NCBI RefSeq assembly: GCF_963921235.1
Contig: NC_086097.1
Coordinates: forward strand, 151,840,001 to 151,904,000
Direction of reading: 5' to 3'
DNA from: Mobula hypostoma
Taxonomy: Eukaryota
DNA length: 64,000 bases
The position numbers and the translations under genes are program-made. Positions 49,145 through 62,135 of this stretch are shown in pieces. Position 1 is the first letter of the stretch. Each line of letters starts with the position of its first letter. The notes under the pieces were generated by a model. It was not told where the DNA came from. It searched no databases and worked only from the letters and a program-made list of their open reading frames with translations.

Positions 49145-50080
49145 TTGATTCAGCATATAGGAGAGAGATTGAAAATCTGGTTGAATGGTGGAACAATAAC
49201 GACTTCTTACTCAACGACAGCAAAACCAAAGAGCTCATTATTGAATACAAGAGGAGGAAATCAGAGATCCATGAGCCAGTCCTCATCAGGGGATCAGAGG
49301 TGGAGAGGGTCAGCAACTTTAAATTCTTCGTTGTTATCATTTCAGAGGACCTGTCCTGAGTCCAGCACATAAGTGTAAATATGAAGAAAACACAGCAGCG
49401 CTTCTAATTTCTGAGGAGTTTGCGATGATTCAGCAGAACATCTATAACTTTTACTAACTTCTACAGATGTGTGTTGGAGAGTATATTGACTGGTTGCAAC
49501 ACAGCCTAGTATGGAAACATCAATGCCCAAAAATGGAAAACGCTGCCAAAAGTGGTAGATACAACTCAGTCCATCACAGGAAAAACCCTTGCCGCCATTC
49601 AACACACCTGCAAGGAGCACTACCTCAAGAAAACAGCACCCATTATCAAGGACCCCCACCATCTGGGCCATGCTCTCTTCTCACTGCTGCCATCGGGAAG
49701 GAGGCACATGAGCCTTAGGCCTCACACCACCAGATTCAGGATCAGTTATTACCAGTCAACCATCAGGGCTCCTGAACCAGTATGGATAACTTCACTCACC
49801 TCAGTTCTGAACTGATTCCACAACCTTTGGACTTACTTTCAAAGACTCTATAACCCATGTTCACAATTTTATTTATTTATTTGTTTGCTTGCTGATTTTT
49901 GTACTTGCACAGTTTTTCTTCCTTTGCCCATTGGTTGCTTATCAGACTTTGGTGTAGTTTTTCATTGATTCTATTGTATTTTTTGTTCTACTGTTAATGT
50001 CTGCAAGAAAATGAATCGCAGGGCAGTATATGTTGACACATGCATATTTTGATAACAAATTTACTTTGGACTTTGAACAT
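49145..50080 (+). mobile_element. Rex1/Babar 3' fragment
   Basis: SAYRREIENLVEW..SKTKELI, ERVSNFKF, KDPHHLGHALFSLLPSGRR motifs. Confidence 0.9.
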
Positions 50081-50109
50081 TGGTCACTATGGCAATCAAC
50101 TCCAATTTA

Positions 50110-50340
50110 AATGGTACATTAGTATAGTGGTTAGTGTAACACTGTTACACCAGTAACCAGGGTTCAATTCTACTGCTGTCCATAAGGTGTTTGTGTGTTC
50201 TTCCCATTACTGCGTGGGCTTCCTCCCACATTCTAAAAGACGTACGCGTTAGTAGGTTAATTAGTCCATGTGGGTGTAATTGAGTGGTGTGGGCCCATTG
50301 GGTCAGAAGGGCCTGTTACAAGCTATATCTCTAAAATTTA
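50110..50340 (+). mobile_element. HE1-like tRNA SINE
   Basis: A-box TAGTATAGTGG, B-box GGTTCAATTC, CR1-like tail 'AGAAGGGCCTGTT'. Confidence 0.75.
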
Positions 50341-51609
50341 AAACCTAAATTGATTTTAAACAGCAAATGGAAAACAGTTACTAAGTGATCCAATTTCTAT
50401 ATTTAAATCTTCATCGGAATAAATCAGTGTTGTTAAAGCTTTAATATTGCTTTATCCAGAAAAACATATGTGATTTCTGGACTGCTTTTTTGTATTAATC
50501 TGCAAGAATATCACTACAAACATAAGATTTTTGGAGCCGAAAGCATATTTTATAAACTTTGGCAATGTCATAGGTCTATAAAGCAATGCCAGAAATACTC
50601 ATGCAAAAGATTGCCAGAGGTGATATGTTCAAACATATTCTCGATGGACACAACATATGGTTTGTAGGCTGTGCTCATTTTCTTCATAAAATATTTAGTG
50701 TTATTTGCAGTATATAAATAATCCACAAATTGGAAATTATTTCCCAGCTCTTCAGGATATTTCTTTATCTCTCTTATCTATATATTGCAACTATATATAA
50801 ATCAAAAGTTGCTCAACTGGAACTCTGTGTGGTAGCTCCATTCTCAGTATAAGTCTTTGGTAAAGTACTTGCTTACTCAGAACTACTGGATTGGCAAAAA
50901 AAAGAACTGCTTTCAAGTTGCATGCAGAAATGTACAGGATGCAGGGGCATGCTGTCCACAGGAGCTTTAGAATTCAATTACTGCTGGTGCAGCTGTGATT
51001 AATCACTATTTCCTTCTGTCAGGGCATCTAAGGCAAATCCCCTTGCAACTAATGCAGTTTATGGCAGGCATCCATCAAAAGAGGCCTGAAAGAGATAGCC
51101 TCACGTTGAGACAAGCAGACGTTGTAAACGCTGCCAAGAAAAAAAATGAAGTAAGTATTTAAAGATTGGTAGCTGTCTGGTCACTATTCACATTTTCATG
51201 ACTGAAAATACTTGTACTTTTTGCTATTCTTCATCATTCAGAATCACAATGGCACCAAGTCTGATGAAAAGTTTATGGAGCTATGTTTTTAATGATGAAA
51301 TATGTGAGGGCTTGAGTTAATAATCCTATGAAGGATAGTCCTTCTGACATACAATGATATAGTCCTTTTAACATAAGAACAACCCATTCAGGGCAGCTTA
51401 TTTATAATGTTTAGTCTCCAAAGGGGCTTCTTTCCACCCTTCTTAACTTTAATTATCTTATTACTCTACTTTCTGTTCCCCGAGGCACAGCCTTTTCTTA
51501 AGTGCATCAGTTCTCTAATCTTTCTGAAAGTTATTATAGATTTCCAAATCCAGCTCATTAGGCAAGTGTTTGGTTCATGTCATTTCTTAAATATAGCCCC
51601 TTAAAGAAC

Positions 51610-51995
51610 ATTTGCTCATTTGTTATGTGCCATGTTGTATGACATAGATAATCATGCTCTTTCCATGACCATGATTGCTCCTGGCAGTCTTTTTTCTATA
51701 GAAGTGGTTTGCCATTGCCTTCTTCAGGGCAGTGTCTTTACAAACCAAATGGCCCCAGTCATTATTAATACGCTTCAGAGATTGTCTACATGGCGTCAGT
51801 GTTTGCATAACCAGGACTTATGATATGTACCAGTTGCTCATATGACCATCCACCACTTGCTCCCATGGCTTCGCATGACCCTGATCAGGAGGGCTAAACA
51901 GGTGTTACACCTTGCCCAACGGTGACCTACAGGCTAGTGGAGGGAAGGAGTGCCTTACATCTCCTTCGGTAGAGACGTTTCTCCACCCCGTCACA
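51610..51995 (-). mobile_element. RTE-tailed SINE (possibly MER131-like)
   Basis: Reverse strand ends with GAAGAAGGCAATGGCAAACCACTTC, the RTE/Bov-B-type 3' motif; family name is from memory. Confidence 0.6.
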
Positions 51996-53719
51996 CATTT
52001 AAATAACATTGCACATCCTAACCGTTATATAGCAGACTTTTCTAGCTAATTGGTATAGATTTTGTTTTTTTCTGGATGGGTCTTTTAATTCTTATAGCCT
52101 TCCAATTCCCAGAGAACTTGGCTGTGTGGAGCATTTGGCCCAGATAATTTATGACCAGAAATGCTTTAGGAACACAGCAACTAACAAGTTCTCCTCCAGG
52201 TCACACATTGTCTGACTTGGAAGATATACTTGCCTAGGAATTGGATTTCACCCTTTTTTAGTGTGCTAAACATGTGCTGCATAATGCACCTGCTGCAAAA
52301 CTGTTACAAAACTGGAGAAAAATACATTAACATCAGCAATATGGTGATTTACACTCAGAATCATGAACTAAAACACATCCTGTTCTGTTCTCAACAGGAG
52401 CGGAATGAAAAGCTCCATCTGCTGCTTTTTTTCAGGTTGATCATTGGGTAGTGTCGCCCTTAAAGGATCTCTCCGTTTTATCCATAGAATAGCTGCATAA
52501 AAGGCTACCATAGAGGTGAGAGTAAACACAGTGGAGGGAGGAACACGACATGTGTGCACAGCATCCTTCATATAAACTTCTGTTTTAAGCAAGTCTCATG
52601 TTTCAATTGGTTTCCACGTCACTGCAGGTTTAGGATGACCAGAGAGTCAGAGATTGCAGCACATGGCCCTGACATGCACACTAGAACAAGGCTGCAGTCA
52701 GTTAATGGAATAACCAGCAACAAAGTGTCAAGTATTCTGGGCACTGAAAAATCATGCTGGCAGAAGTTGTGCGCAAGACATTGTGGAAACCCTTTAATTG
52801 GCTCATTGCTGATGTGCTTGCTTTCTTGTGACTGCTAAACAAAGGTCATGGGCTGCAGACAAAAGTTTTAATTTACTTTGTAAAGGGAGGTAACTTGCAG
52901 TATGTGACTTGTGGTGTCAATGTGCGACTGACTGCAAGGTGAACTGATTTCCGCCCTATCAAAGCAAATACGCACAGGCTATAGAAGCTGACCTTGCCCA
53001 GCACTGCGCATGTCCTGTCAATGGATGTACAAAAGATAGATTTAAATTTGATACTGGATACAAGAACTGCAAAAACTGATCCATCCCTCAAGAACTGATC
53101 TATCAACTTTAGAATAATGATATTATGAACTCAAAGTAAGCAAAATCTGGTTGGAGCTGGGAAACTATTTTCATGGTTAGTCTGCTGCATTGATCTGAAG
53201 GGAAGATGCTGTTATAATTTTTGACTTGCACGACCTTATCCACTCAGCAGTATTAATCAGTTCATTGCTTTTTATTGTGTCAACTTCCTCCCTTATTCAT
53301 CTTAATCCTCCCACTTCAAGAAGGATTATCCTACATTTTCATTATAATTCCCATATAATACATCTTATTTCCTCCTCCCACAAATTCTTTCAAATCTTTT
53401 AGTCCAAAACTTCAATCTTTTGCTTCCTAATGAATTTTTTGTTGGACTGAATGTACCTCAACTATAAATAGATAACAAAATTACTGACCTGAAATCTTAG
53501 TCCGAAATAGTTCACTTTCTAAATGTGCTTGGTGGTATAGGAGTATACAATGGAAAGTTACAGTTTTCAGTAGACTGGTATTATAGATAGCTCACTTGGT
53601 TTGGGTGCACCTGCAGTGTTGAGCAATATTGGCACCTGGCCCATAGATACTTATAATTTAAAATTCTTGCTTTCATGCTTAGATTTTTCCTTGGCTTCTC
53701 AATTTTTTCCCCACTAATG

Positions 53720-54020
53720 AGAGTCCTGAATAAAGGGATATATCTGAAAGATAAGGGACCAGTCATTTAAAGATGAGGCACATAGAAAGTTTGCTGTGCA
53801 AAGAGCCATGAATATCCTGAATTTTCTATCCCAGAGATTTACGGAAGCTAGATTGGTAAGGTGTGTAAACTGGGGATCAATAATTTTGTTGAAAGGTTTG
53901 CGGATTCAAGGGTAATGGGGAGGGGCTGAGGCATGGAATAGGTCAGCAATGATAATATTAAATGGTGGGAAAGGTTTGAGTGGCCAGGTGGCCGACTCTT
54001 GCTCTCATTTTCTTGTGTTC
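53720..54020 (+). mobile_element. Old CR1 3' remnant
   Basis: 'TCTGAAGATAAGGG..CATTTAAAGATGAG', 'GGTCAGCAATGAT..AAATGGTGG..GGCCGACTCTTGCTC'. Confidence 0.7.
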
Positions 54021-54322
54021 AGTCTCTACAGACTGAGGATCCTGTAATCAATTAATATTTTAACTCTGGCATCAGGTGTACCTATTATTTCTTCTCCCTC
54101 CAGTCCTTCTCCTGTATAGGCCCTAAACTTCTGAATTCCTTCCTTCAATCTCTGGGCAATGCCTCAAAACCTTTCTTGGTCCGAAACTTTGACAGAGAAC
54201 AGAAGAAGTTAAAATTACAACTGGTGATCAATTTTTCATTACTCTTTTTTTCTATGTTCAATCTATGATTTAATGCATGGCATTGTCATTATTGAAAGAT
54301 AAATAGAATGTACCATGGTTTC

Positions 54323-54461
54323 ATAAACACAAGGAAGTCTGTAGATGCTGGAAATCCAAAGCAACACACACAAAATGCTGGAGGAACTCAGCAGGTCAGG
54401 CAGCATCCATGGAAATGAATAGATAGTTGAAATTTCATGCTGAGACCCTTCTTCAGGACTC
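54323..54461 (-). mobile_element. Short Penelope family-B pLTR-end copy with degenerate hammerhead
   Basis: Matches 35163-35294; reverse AGUC-CUGAAGA-AGGGUCUCAGCAU-GAAA-UUUC-AACU at 54425-54460. Confidence 0.8.
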
Positions 54462-54471
54462 AACAGTTTCC

Positions 54472-57090
54472 TTAGACCACAATACCATAAGATATAGGAG
54501 CAGAATTAGGCCATTCAGCCCATCAAGTCTGCTTTGCCATTCCATCATGGCTGATCCCTGATTGCACTCGACCCCATATACTGTACCTGCTCTCTCGCCA
54601 TAACCTTTGATGTCCTGACCAATCAGGAAATTATCAATTTTCACTTTAAATATATCCATGGTCTTGGACTTCACAGCTGTATGAGGCAGAGCATTCCACA
54701 GATTCACTATTCTCTGGCTAAAATAATTCCTCCTTACCTCTGTTTTAAATGGGCGCCCCTCAATTTCGAGGCTGTGCCCTCTAGTTCTGGACATCCTCAC
54801 CATAGGAAACATCCTCTCCACATTCATCTTATCTAGTCTTTTTAACATTTGGTACGTTTCAATGAGATCCCCTGAATTCTTCTGAATTCCAGTGAGTACA
54901 GGCCCAAAGCTGCCAGACGCTCATGTGTTAACCCCTTCATTCCCGGAATCATCCTCGTGAACCCCCTCTGGACTCTCTCCAATGACAGCATATCCTTTCT
55001 GAGATATGGGCCCAAAACTGTTGACAATATTCTGTGCCTGTCTAGTGTCTTATAAAGCCTCAGTATTATCTCCTTGCTTTTACATTCTAGTCCCCTTGAA
55101 ATAAATGCCTTCTTTGTCACAGATTCAACTTGTAAATTAACCTTCTGGGAGTCTTGCACAAAGACTATTAAGTCCCTTCACACCACTGATGTTTGAATTT
55201 TCTCCCATTTAGATAATAGTCTGTACTTTTGTTCCTTTTACCAAAATGCATTATCATACATTTCCCAACACTGTATCTCAACTACCACTATTTTGCCCAT
55301 TCTTCCAATTTGTCTAAGTTCTTCTGCAATTGCATTGCTTCCTCAGCATTACTTAACCCTTCACTTATCTTTGTATTATCTGCAAACTTTGCCACAAAGC
55401 CAACAATTCCATTGTCTAAATCATTGACAAACAATGTGAAAAGTAGCAGTCCCAGTACTGATCCCCGAGGGACACCACTAGTTACTGGCAGTCAACCAGA
55501 AAAGGTCCCAATTATTCCCACTAGCCGCCTCCTGCCCATCAACCATTCCTCTATCCATGCCAGTATCTTTCTTGCAATGCCATGGAATTTTATCTTGTTA
55601 AGCAGCCTCATGTGTGGCACCTTCTCAAATGCCTTCTGAAAATCCAAGTAAATGACATCCACTGCCTCTCCTTTGTCCACCCGCTTGTTACTTTCTCAAA
55701 GACCACAGATTTGTCAGGCAAGATTTCCCTTTACAAAAACCATACTGACCTTGACTTATTTTATCATTAGTCTTCAAGTTCCCCGAAATCTCATCCTTAA
55801 TAATGGACTTCAACATTTTCCCAACCACTGAGGTTAGGATAACTGGCCAATAATTTCCTTTCTTTTGCCTTCCTCCCTTCTTAAAGAGTGGAGTGACATT
55901 TGCAATCTTTCAGTCCTCCGGAACCATGCCAGAATCAAATGATTCTTGAAAGATCATGACCAATGCATCAGCTATCTCTTCAGCAACCTATTTCAGAACT
56001 CTGGTATGTATTCTATCTGTTCCAGTTGACTTATCCACCTCAAGGCCTTTCAGTTTGCTTAACACATTTTCCTTTGTAATAGCAATGGCATTAAATTCTG
56101 ATCCCTGACATTCACAGACACCTGGCACACTGCTAGTGTCTTCTGTATTGAAGACTGATGCAAGTACTTCTTAAGTTCATCCACCATTTCTTGGTCCCCC
56201 ACTATTACCTCGCCAGCATAATTTCCCAGTGGTCCCATATCAACTCTCATGTCCCTTATATAACTGAAAAACTTCTACTATCCTGCTAGTTGGCCCTCAT
56301 ATTTTATCTTTTCCCTTCTTATGGCTTTTTAGTTGCCTTTTCTTGGATTTTAAAAACTTCCAAATCATCCAACTTCCCACTCACTTTTTGCAATCTTATA
56401 TGCCATTTCCTTGGGTTTTATGGAGTCCTTAACTTCCCTTGTCAGCTACGGTTGCCTACCCTTGCTATCTGAGAACTTCTTCTATGGGACATATCTATCC
56501 TGCATTTTGTGAATACTCCCAGAAGCTTCACCCACCTCTCCTCTGCTGTCATCCCCGCTAGCATCCCCGGCTAGTCCACCTGTGCAAGCTCTTCCCTCAC
56601 GCCTCTTCAATTCCCTTCATTCCATTGTGATGCTGATACATCTGACTTTTGTTTCTCCCTCTCAAAATGAAGTATGAATTCAATCATATTAAGATCACTG
56701 CCTTCTAAGGAGTCCTTTACATTAAACTCCCTAATAAAATCTGGATTATCACACAACACCCAATCTAAGTTAACCTTTTCCCGAGTAGGCTCAAGCACAA
56801 GCTGCTTTAAAAAGCCATCTGATAGGTATTCAAAAAATTCCCTCTCTTGCGATCCGCCAACCTAATTTTCCCAATTCCCTTACATATTGCAGTCTTCCAT
56901 TATAATTGAGACATTACCCTTATTACATGCCCTTTCCAGCTCCATTTACAATTTCAACCCCACATCTTGGCTACTATTTGGAGGCCTATATATGATTCCC
57001 ATAATGTTTTTTTCACCCTTGCAGCTTCTTCACTCTACCCACAAAGATTCGACATTCTCTGACCCTATGTACCTCTTTCTAAAGATGTAC
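54472..57090 (-). mobile_element. CR1 LINE, decayed EN plus RT plus 3' UTR
   Basis: Minus ORFs 'LDWVLC..LEGSDLNMIEF', 'DVIYLDFQKAFEKVPH', 'RTRGHSL..NLWNALP'. Confidence 0.93.
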
Positions 57091-57269
57091 TTCCAACTTC
57101 TAACTCCTGACTTCTGTCCAACACTGCTGTCCGAAAGTACAAATGTCTGCAGAATATTCCTTAATCTACCATTATCATTCAGAAGAAATCAGAAGAAACA
57201 TTAGAGAATTTGAATAGATGGCTACTTAAATCCCCTTCAACTACTGCACAGAGTCTTGCCATCTTCAGA

Positions 57270-58137
57270 AGTTTTCTGATGACTCTGCCATAGTTGGATG
57301 CATCAGCAAGGGAGATGAGGCTGAGTACAGGGCTACGTTAGGAAACTTTGTCATATGGTGTGAGCAAAATTATCTGCAGCTTAATGTGAAAAAAACTAAG
57401 GAGCTGGTGGTAGACCTGAGGAGAGCTAAGGTACCGGTGACCCCTGTTTCCATCCAGGGGGTCAGTGTGGACATGGTGGAGGATTACAAATACCTGGGGA
57501 TATGAATTGACAATAAGCTGGACTAGTCAAAGAACACTGAGGCTGTCTACAAGAAGGGTCAGAGCTGTCTCTATTTCCTGAGGAGACTGAGGCCCTTTAA
57601 CATCTGTCGGATGATGCTGAGGATGTTCTACGAGTCTGTGGTGGCCAGTGAGATCATGTTTGCTGTTGTGTGCTGGGGCAGCAGGCTGAGGGTAGCAGAC
57701 ACCAAAAGAATCAACAAACTCATTCGTAAGGCCAATGATGTTGTGGGGATGGAACTGGACTCTCTGACGGTGGTGTCTAAAAAGAGGATGCTGTCCAAGT
57801 TGCATGCCATCTTGGACAATGTCTCCCATCCACTACATAATGTACTGGTTGGGCACAGGAGTACATTCAGCCAGAGACTCATTTCACTGAGAAGCAACAC
57901 AGAGCGTCATAGGAAGTCATTCCTGCCTGTGGCCATCAAACTTTACAACTCCTCCCTTGGAAGGTCAGACACCCTCAGCCAATAGGCTGGTCCTGGACTT
58001 ATTTCCTGGCATAATTTACATGTTATTATTTAATTATTTATGGTTTTTATATTGCTAGATCCATACTCTATTCTTGGTTGGTGCAACTGTAACGAAACCT
58101 AATTTCCCTCGGGATCAATAAAGTATGACTATGACTA
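57270..58137 (+). mobile_element. Rex1/Babar 3' fragment
   Basis: KFSDDSAIVG, LQLNVKKTKELVVD, RMFYESVVAS..HPLH..RKSFLPVAIKLYN; AATAAAG(TATGAC)n tail. Confidence 0.92.
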
Positions 58138-58574
58138 AACATTCTGGGAGAAACTCTGCTTTGTTCTTTTTCTCCTCTGGTTGTACTCACATGTCCATTC
58201 AATTTTATTGAAGTTATTAGAATGGAGGGTGGCAGGTGATTGCAAATGCCTACTATTCCTGCATACCTGTAGGATAAACTTTCCATTTATGTCTCCAGCA
58301 TGATATTTTTTTTTACCCAACAAGTCAAAACTGCCAAGTTAAACTCTGTTATTTCCCCTAGCCAAATAATCAGTTTCTTTGTGAAGTAATTCATCAGCAT
58401 CATGTCAATTCAACTGATAAACATATTAAGCAGTATCTGTCTTGTTATGATATGGAAGTAGAATTAATATTTTAACTGTGGCATCAGGTGCACCTATTAT
58501 TAACTGTGAAGTGTTACTAAAGTGTTGCTTCACAGCTGCAGTCTGACCTCCAATGCTGTCTGCGTGGAGCTTGC

Positions 58575-58990
58575 AAGTCAAGTCGAGTCAATTTGAGTTT
58601 TTTTTTGTCACCTGCGCAAATACATGCGTGCACAGACACAAAAAGCTACATGCAGCATCATCACAGGTACATAACATTAGAGTGACAATATCCACAAGAG
58701 AAACATAAACTAAACAGAAATTATACAATAAGTTGCCATACTGACATAATGATTAGAGTTTTGCAGTTTGGTTCATGTGAAGAATCTGTTCTTGAACCTG
58801 GGACTTCAGGCTTTTATATCTCTTGACAATGGTAGCTGTGAGAAAACGCATGGCCTGGTGGTACAGCATCCTAGGTCTTGAAGTTTGGTGGGAAGATTAG
58901 AGGGGATGATAGTGTTGAATGGCATGTGGTAGTCAATGAACAGTAACCTAACATATATGTTCTTCTTGTCTAGCTGGTCAGAAGAGGGTA
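58575..58990 (-). mobile_element. Decayed Rex1-type 3' fragment
   Basis: (AGTCA)n end and 'CTGTTCTTGAACCTGG..CTTCAGGCTT' as in other Rex1 copies. Confidence 0.55.
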
Positions 58991-59019
58991 AAGTGTTTGG
59001 CCATGGATCAACACCTGGA

Positions 59020-61715
59020 ATTTTTATATTGTAGCCATTAGTGAGACTTGGTTGCAGGAGGAGCAGGACTGGCAGCTCAATATTCTGGGGTTCTGATGTT
59101 TTAGATGTGACAGAGTGGGAGGGATTAAAGGAGGGGTGGCTTTACTAGTTAGGGAAAATGTTACAGTAGTGCTCCAGCAGTTCAGATTGGAAAACTTGTC
59201 AAGAGAGGCGTTATGGGAACTGAGGTATAAGAAAGATATGACCACGTTAATGAAGACCTACCATCCAGCAGTCCTAGGGATTTAGAGGAACAAATTTGTA
59301 GAGAGATTACAGACTGTTGCAAAAAACATAAGGCTGTGATAGTAGATGATTTTATCTTTCCACATATTGACTGGGACTCCCATACTGTAAAGGAGTAGAT
59401 GGGATAGAGTTTGTCAAATGTGTTGAGGAACATTTCCTTAATCAGTACATAGAAGTCCCAATGAGAAAGTGTACAATACTTGATTTGCTATTAGGGGATG
59501 AGACAGGGCAGGTGACAGAAGTCTGAGTAGAGGAACACTCTGCATCTAATGATCACAATGTCATTAGTTTCAAAGTAAATATGTAAAAAGATAGGTCTGG
59601 TCCAGTCTGCAGGTTGAAATTCTAAATTGGAGAAAGGCCAATTTTGATTGTATCAGATCTGATCTGGCAAATGTGAATTGGGACAGGTTGTTTTCTGGTA
59701 AAGGTGTACACAGTAAGTGGAAGACCTTCAAAAGCAAAATTTATAGAGTACAAAACCTATCAGAATAAAAGGTAAAGATAAAAATGCAGGGAACCTTGGC
59801 ATTCAAGAGAAATTGAAAACATGGTTCAGAGAAAAAAAGGTGCATAGCAGGTAGGAACAAATGAGGTGCTTACGGAGGAGAGGTAATGCCAGAGAGAAGG
59901 GATTTTACAAAAGGATTGCAAAGGACAAAACTGGTCCTCTGGAAGATCTGAATGGTAATCAAAGTGTGGATCCAAAACAGATGGGGGAGTTTGTAAGTTA
60001 ATTTTTCGCATCTTTATTGACTCAGGAGACAGTCTCAGAGTCCACAGAAGTGAGACAAAACAGCAATAACTTCATGGAGCCTGTACAGATTACAAAGGAG
60101 GATATGTTTGCTATCCTGAAGCAATTCAGGGTGGATAAATCCCCAGAACCTGACAAGGTGTTCCCTTGGACCCTACAGGAGACAAGTGCAGAAATTGTCA
60201 AGACCCTAGCAGAGATATTAAATCATCCTTGGCAACAGTTGAGGTACCAGTGGATTGGAGGACAGCAATGTTGTTCCACTGTTTAAGAAAGGCTATACAT
60301 AAACCAGAAAATTATAGGCTGGTGAATCTGACATCAGCTGTGGGGAATTTATTGGAAGGTATTCTAATGGACAGATACACAAGTATTTGGATAGACATGG
60401 ACTGATTAAGGATAGTCAACATGGCTTCGTGCATGGTAGGCCATATCTAACCTTTCTTATAGTGTTTTTTGAGGAAGTTACCAGGAAAGTGGATGAAAGC
60501 AAAGCCATGGACATTGTCTACTTTAGTAAGGCATTTGTCAGAGTCCCACATAGAGGTTGGTCAAGAAGGTTCAGTCATTTGGCATTTAAGATTAGGTAGT
60601 AAATTGGACTAGACATTGGCTCTGTGGGAGAAGCCAGAGAGTGGTAGTAGATGGTTGTCTTTCTGACTGAAGGCCTGTGACTAGTGGTGTGTCATAGGGA
60701 TTGGTGCTGTGTCCATTGTTGTTTGTCATCTACAATCAACATTTTGGATGATAATGTGGTTAACTGGATCAGCAAATTTGCAGATGACACCAAGATTAGG
60801 GGTGTAGTTGACAGCAAAGAAGGCTGTCATGGCTTGCGAGAGGGATCTGCATTAGCTGGAAAATAGGTTAAACAAACAAACAAACAAATAAATAAATAAA
60901 TCACAGATGGAATTTAATGCAGACGAGTGTGAGTGTTGCACTTTGGTAGGACCAACCAGGGTAGGTCTTACACAGTGAACGGTAGGGCACTGAGGAGTGT
61001 GGTAGAACAAAGAGATCTGGAAATACGGATCCATAATTCATTGAAAGGAGTATCACAGGTCGATAGGATTTTAAAGAAAGCTTTAGGCACATTGGCCTTC
61101 ATAAATCAATGTATTGAGTACAGGAGGTGGGATGCTATTTTGAAGTTACACAAGATGTTGGTGAGGCCTAATTTGGAATACTGCAGCTTTGGTCACCTAT
61201 CTACTGGAAAGATGTAAATAAGATTGAAAGAGTACAGAGAAAAGTTACAATGATCTTGCTGGAAAGGGAGGACCTGAGTTATAAGGAAAGATTGAGCAGG
61301 TTAGGATTTAATTCCTTAGAACGCAGAAGATTGAGAGAATTGATAGAGGTATACAAAATTATGAGGGGTATAAATAGGGTAAATGCAAGCAGGCTTATTC
61401 CACTGAGGTTGGGTGGGACTACAACCACAGATCATGGAGTTAAGGACAAAAGGTGAAATGGTTAAGGGGGACATGAGGGGAAACTTCTTCACTCAGAGGG
61501 GCCTAAGAGTGTGGAACAAGCTGCCAGCACAAGTGGTGCATGTGAGCTCAATTTCAATGTTTAAGAGAAGCTTGGATAGGTACATGGATAGGAGGGGTAT
61601 GGCGTGCTATGGTCCTGGTGCAGGTTAATGGGAGTAGGCAGGTTAAATGGTTTCAGCATAGACTAGATGGACTGAAGGGCCTGTTTCTGTGCTGTACTTC
61701 TCTATGACTCTATGC
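59020..61715 (+). mobile_element. CR1 LINE, decayed EN plus RT plus 3' UTR
   Basis: Starts at IVAISETWL (EN), then VDKSPEPD, ENYRLVNLT, SKFADD, LVRPNLEYC; tail TCTATGACTCTATG. Confidence 0.93.
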
Positions 61716-61819
61716 TGCTGAATCTGTTATGGCTGTTGGAAAATTCAAGAGGATACTGAACTTTTCCGAGACAGGAGTTGATTAGTGTTATAACCAACTT
61801 CTCAAATCACTTCATTGCA

Positions 61820-62135
61820 GTCGCTGTGAGTGCTACCAGAAAGTAGATATTTAGGCAGGTCACGACACTCCCTTGGCCACCTGAAGCTCTCACTGTGTGT
61901 GGGTTTCCACTGGGTACTTCGATTTCCTCTCACATCCCTCAGATATTTATATTAGCAGGTTAATTGGTTACTATAATTTGTTTCTAGTGTGCAGGTGAAT
62001 GATAGTATCTGGAGGAATTGATGTGAATGCGGAGCGAGTAAAATGGGATTAGCACCGAACCAAATAGGTGTTTGATGGTCAGTGCGTTTTCAATGGGCTG
62101 AAGGGTCTTTTTCTGTGCTGCATTACCCCATGACT
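61820..62135 (+). mobile_element. HE1-like SINE, degenerate
   Basis: 'GGGTTTCCACTGGGTACTTCGATTTCCTCTCACATCCC' body and 'ATGGGCTGAAGGG..TCTGTGCTG' tail. Confidence 0.7.

Noticed and set aside
51900..51995. HDV-like ribozyme at the SINE 5' end
   Set aside because: Could not fit the P1/P1.1/P2/P3/P4 double pseudoknot or conserved L3 and J4/2 by eye.
52436..52521. Exon-like segment with acceptor TTTTTTTCAG and donor GAG|GTGAGA
   Set aside because: Stops in all three frames; only a non-coding exon is possible and unsupported.
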